Assembly: GCA_964496815.1 (NCBI GenBank)
Contig: CAZCAO010000001.1
Location: forward strand, 83,198-147,197
DNA from: an uncultured Candidatus Saccharibacteria bacterium
GTDB taxonomy: Bacteria; Patescibacteriota; Saccharimonadia; CAILAD01; JADZBC01
Reading direction: 5' to 3'
Length of the DNA: 64,000 nt
Shown here: one piece after another, positions 63,671-64,000 of the stretch
Numbering within the stretch: position 1 is the first letter of the stretch
How the letters are laid out: every line of letters starts with the position of its first letter
The notes under the pieces: model-generated
What the model was told of the DNA's origin: nothing
What the model saw: only the letters and a program-made list of their open reading frames with translations
Database searches by the model: none
Position numbers and translations under genes: made by a program

Positions 63671-64000
63671 ATGAAGGTTATTATCGGAACAACGAGTAAG
63701 CTAAAAATCGAGACTGTAGCTCGGGCAATCAAGGGTATTGCGGGGGTTGATCCGAGTATTCGAGGCGAAGATGTAGCATCTGGCGTTCCCGACACACCTT
63801 GGGATGAACAAACCAAGCTAGGAGCTGTCAACCGAGCTCGAAGGATTTCAGAGACGCACGCAGATATATATGCGATTGGCCTCGAAAGCGGCTTAGTGAC
63901 TCGTTATGGGAACACGTATGAAGAGGCTTGGTGCTGTATTATTCATCAGGATACGGAGTATTTAGGCTACTCTAGTGGCCTCATGTTGCCTGCGATTGTA
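63671..64000 (+). CDS. inosine/xanthosine triphosphatase-like NTPase (YjjX/DUF84 family), partial at window end
   Basis: MKVIIGTTSKLKIETV...SGVPDTPWDEQTKLGAVNRA. Open to the window end. Confidence 0.55.
   Translation, partial: MKVIIGTTSKLKIETVARAIKGIAGVDPSIRGEDVASGVPDTPWDEQTKLGAVNRARRISETHADIYAIGLESGLVTRYGNTYEEAWCCIIHQDTEYLGYSSGLMLPAIV

Noticed and set aside
1-64000. CRISPR arrays, IS elements, prophage, integrase/transposase genes
   Set aside because: I saw no regularly spaced short repeats and no ORF with recombinase, transposase, capsid or terminase-like motifs. The only repeats found are those listed as features.
1-64000. Alternative genetic code (UGA recoding as in some CPR lineages)
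   Set aside because: All housekeeping genes are intact full-length ORFs under the standard code and several end in TGA, so recoding need not be invoked.

Overview
The window reads as a small-genome bacterium with a Gram-positive-type envelope. Gene content and order (LPXTG protein plus sortase, mreBCD, compact housekeeping operons) resemble CPR/Saccharibacteria-type genomes, but this is inference only. About 50 kb is dense housekeeping backbone: rpsB-tsf-frr-uppS-rseP, mreB-mreC-mreD-mrdA, greA, lysS, serS, hpf, secA, prfB, ftsE-ftsX plus a CHAP hydrolase and a Ctp protease, pyrG, rpmA, xseA-xseB, sortase, a murA / second mreB / glycan cluster, gltX and nrdA-nrdB. It also carries tRNA-Leu(CAA) and tRNA-Glu(CTC). 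Backbone promoters are canonical TTGACA-N17-TAnnnT. The main signal is a set of sharply bounded GC-rich blocks in a roughly 50% G+C backbone, at 1-~590, 18716-20878, ~56.73-57.26 kb, ~59.71-60.42 kb, 60.57-60.79 kb and 61.45-62.0 kb. Hand counts of single 60-nt lines give 41/60 G+C at 19321-19380 and 43/60 at 61561-61620, against 30/60 at 21181-21240. The last four blocks lie in a ~9.5-kb accessory mosaic downstream of tRNA-Glu. That mosaic consists of short, mostly single-gene units, and no integrase or transposase ORF is visible. Units are bracketed by near-identical direct repeats that are themselves hairpin terminators (42 nt twice, 37-40 nt twice, 56-59 nt twice plus a third diverged copy). 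Several GC-rich ORFs sit directly behind backbone-style AT-rich promoters. Other items are a 0.55-kb promoter-to-terminator unit with no credible ORF (593-1186, unclassified structured RNA candidate), a two-gene operon of 33-aa hydrophobic peptides behind a structured leader, and a run of leaderless-type gene starts in the island. Metagenome mis-assembly remains an open alternative for the GC-rich blocks and must be excluded with reads.
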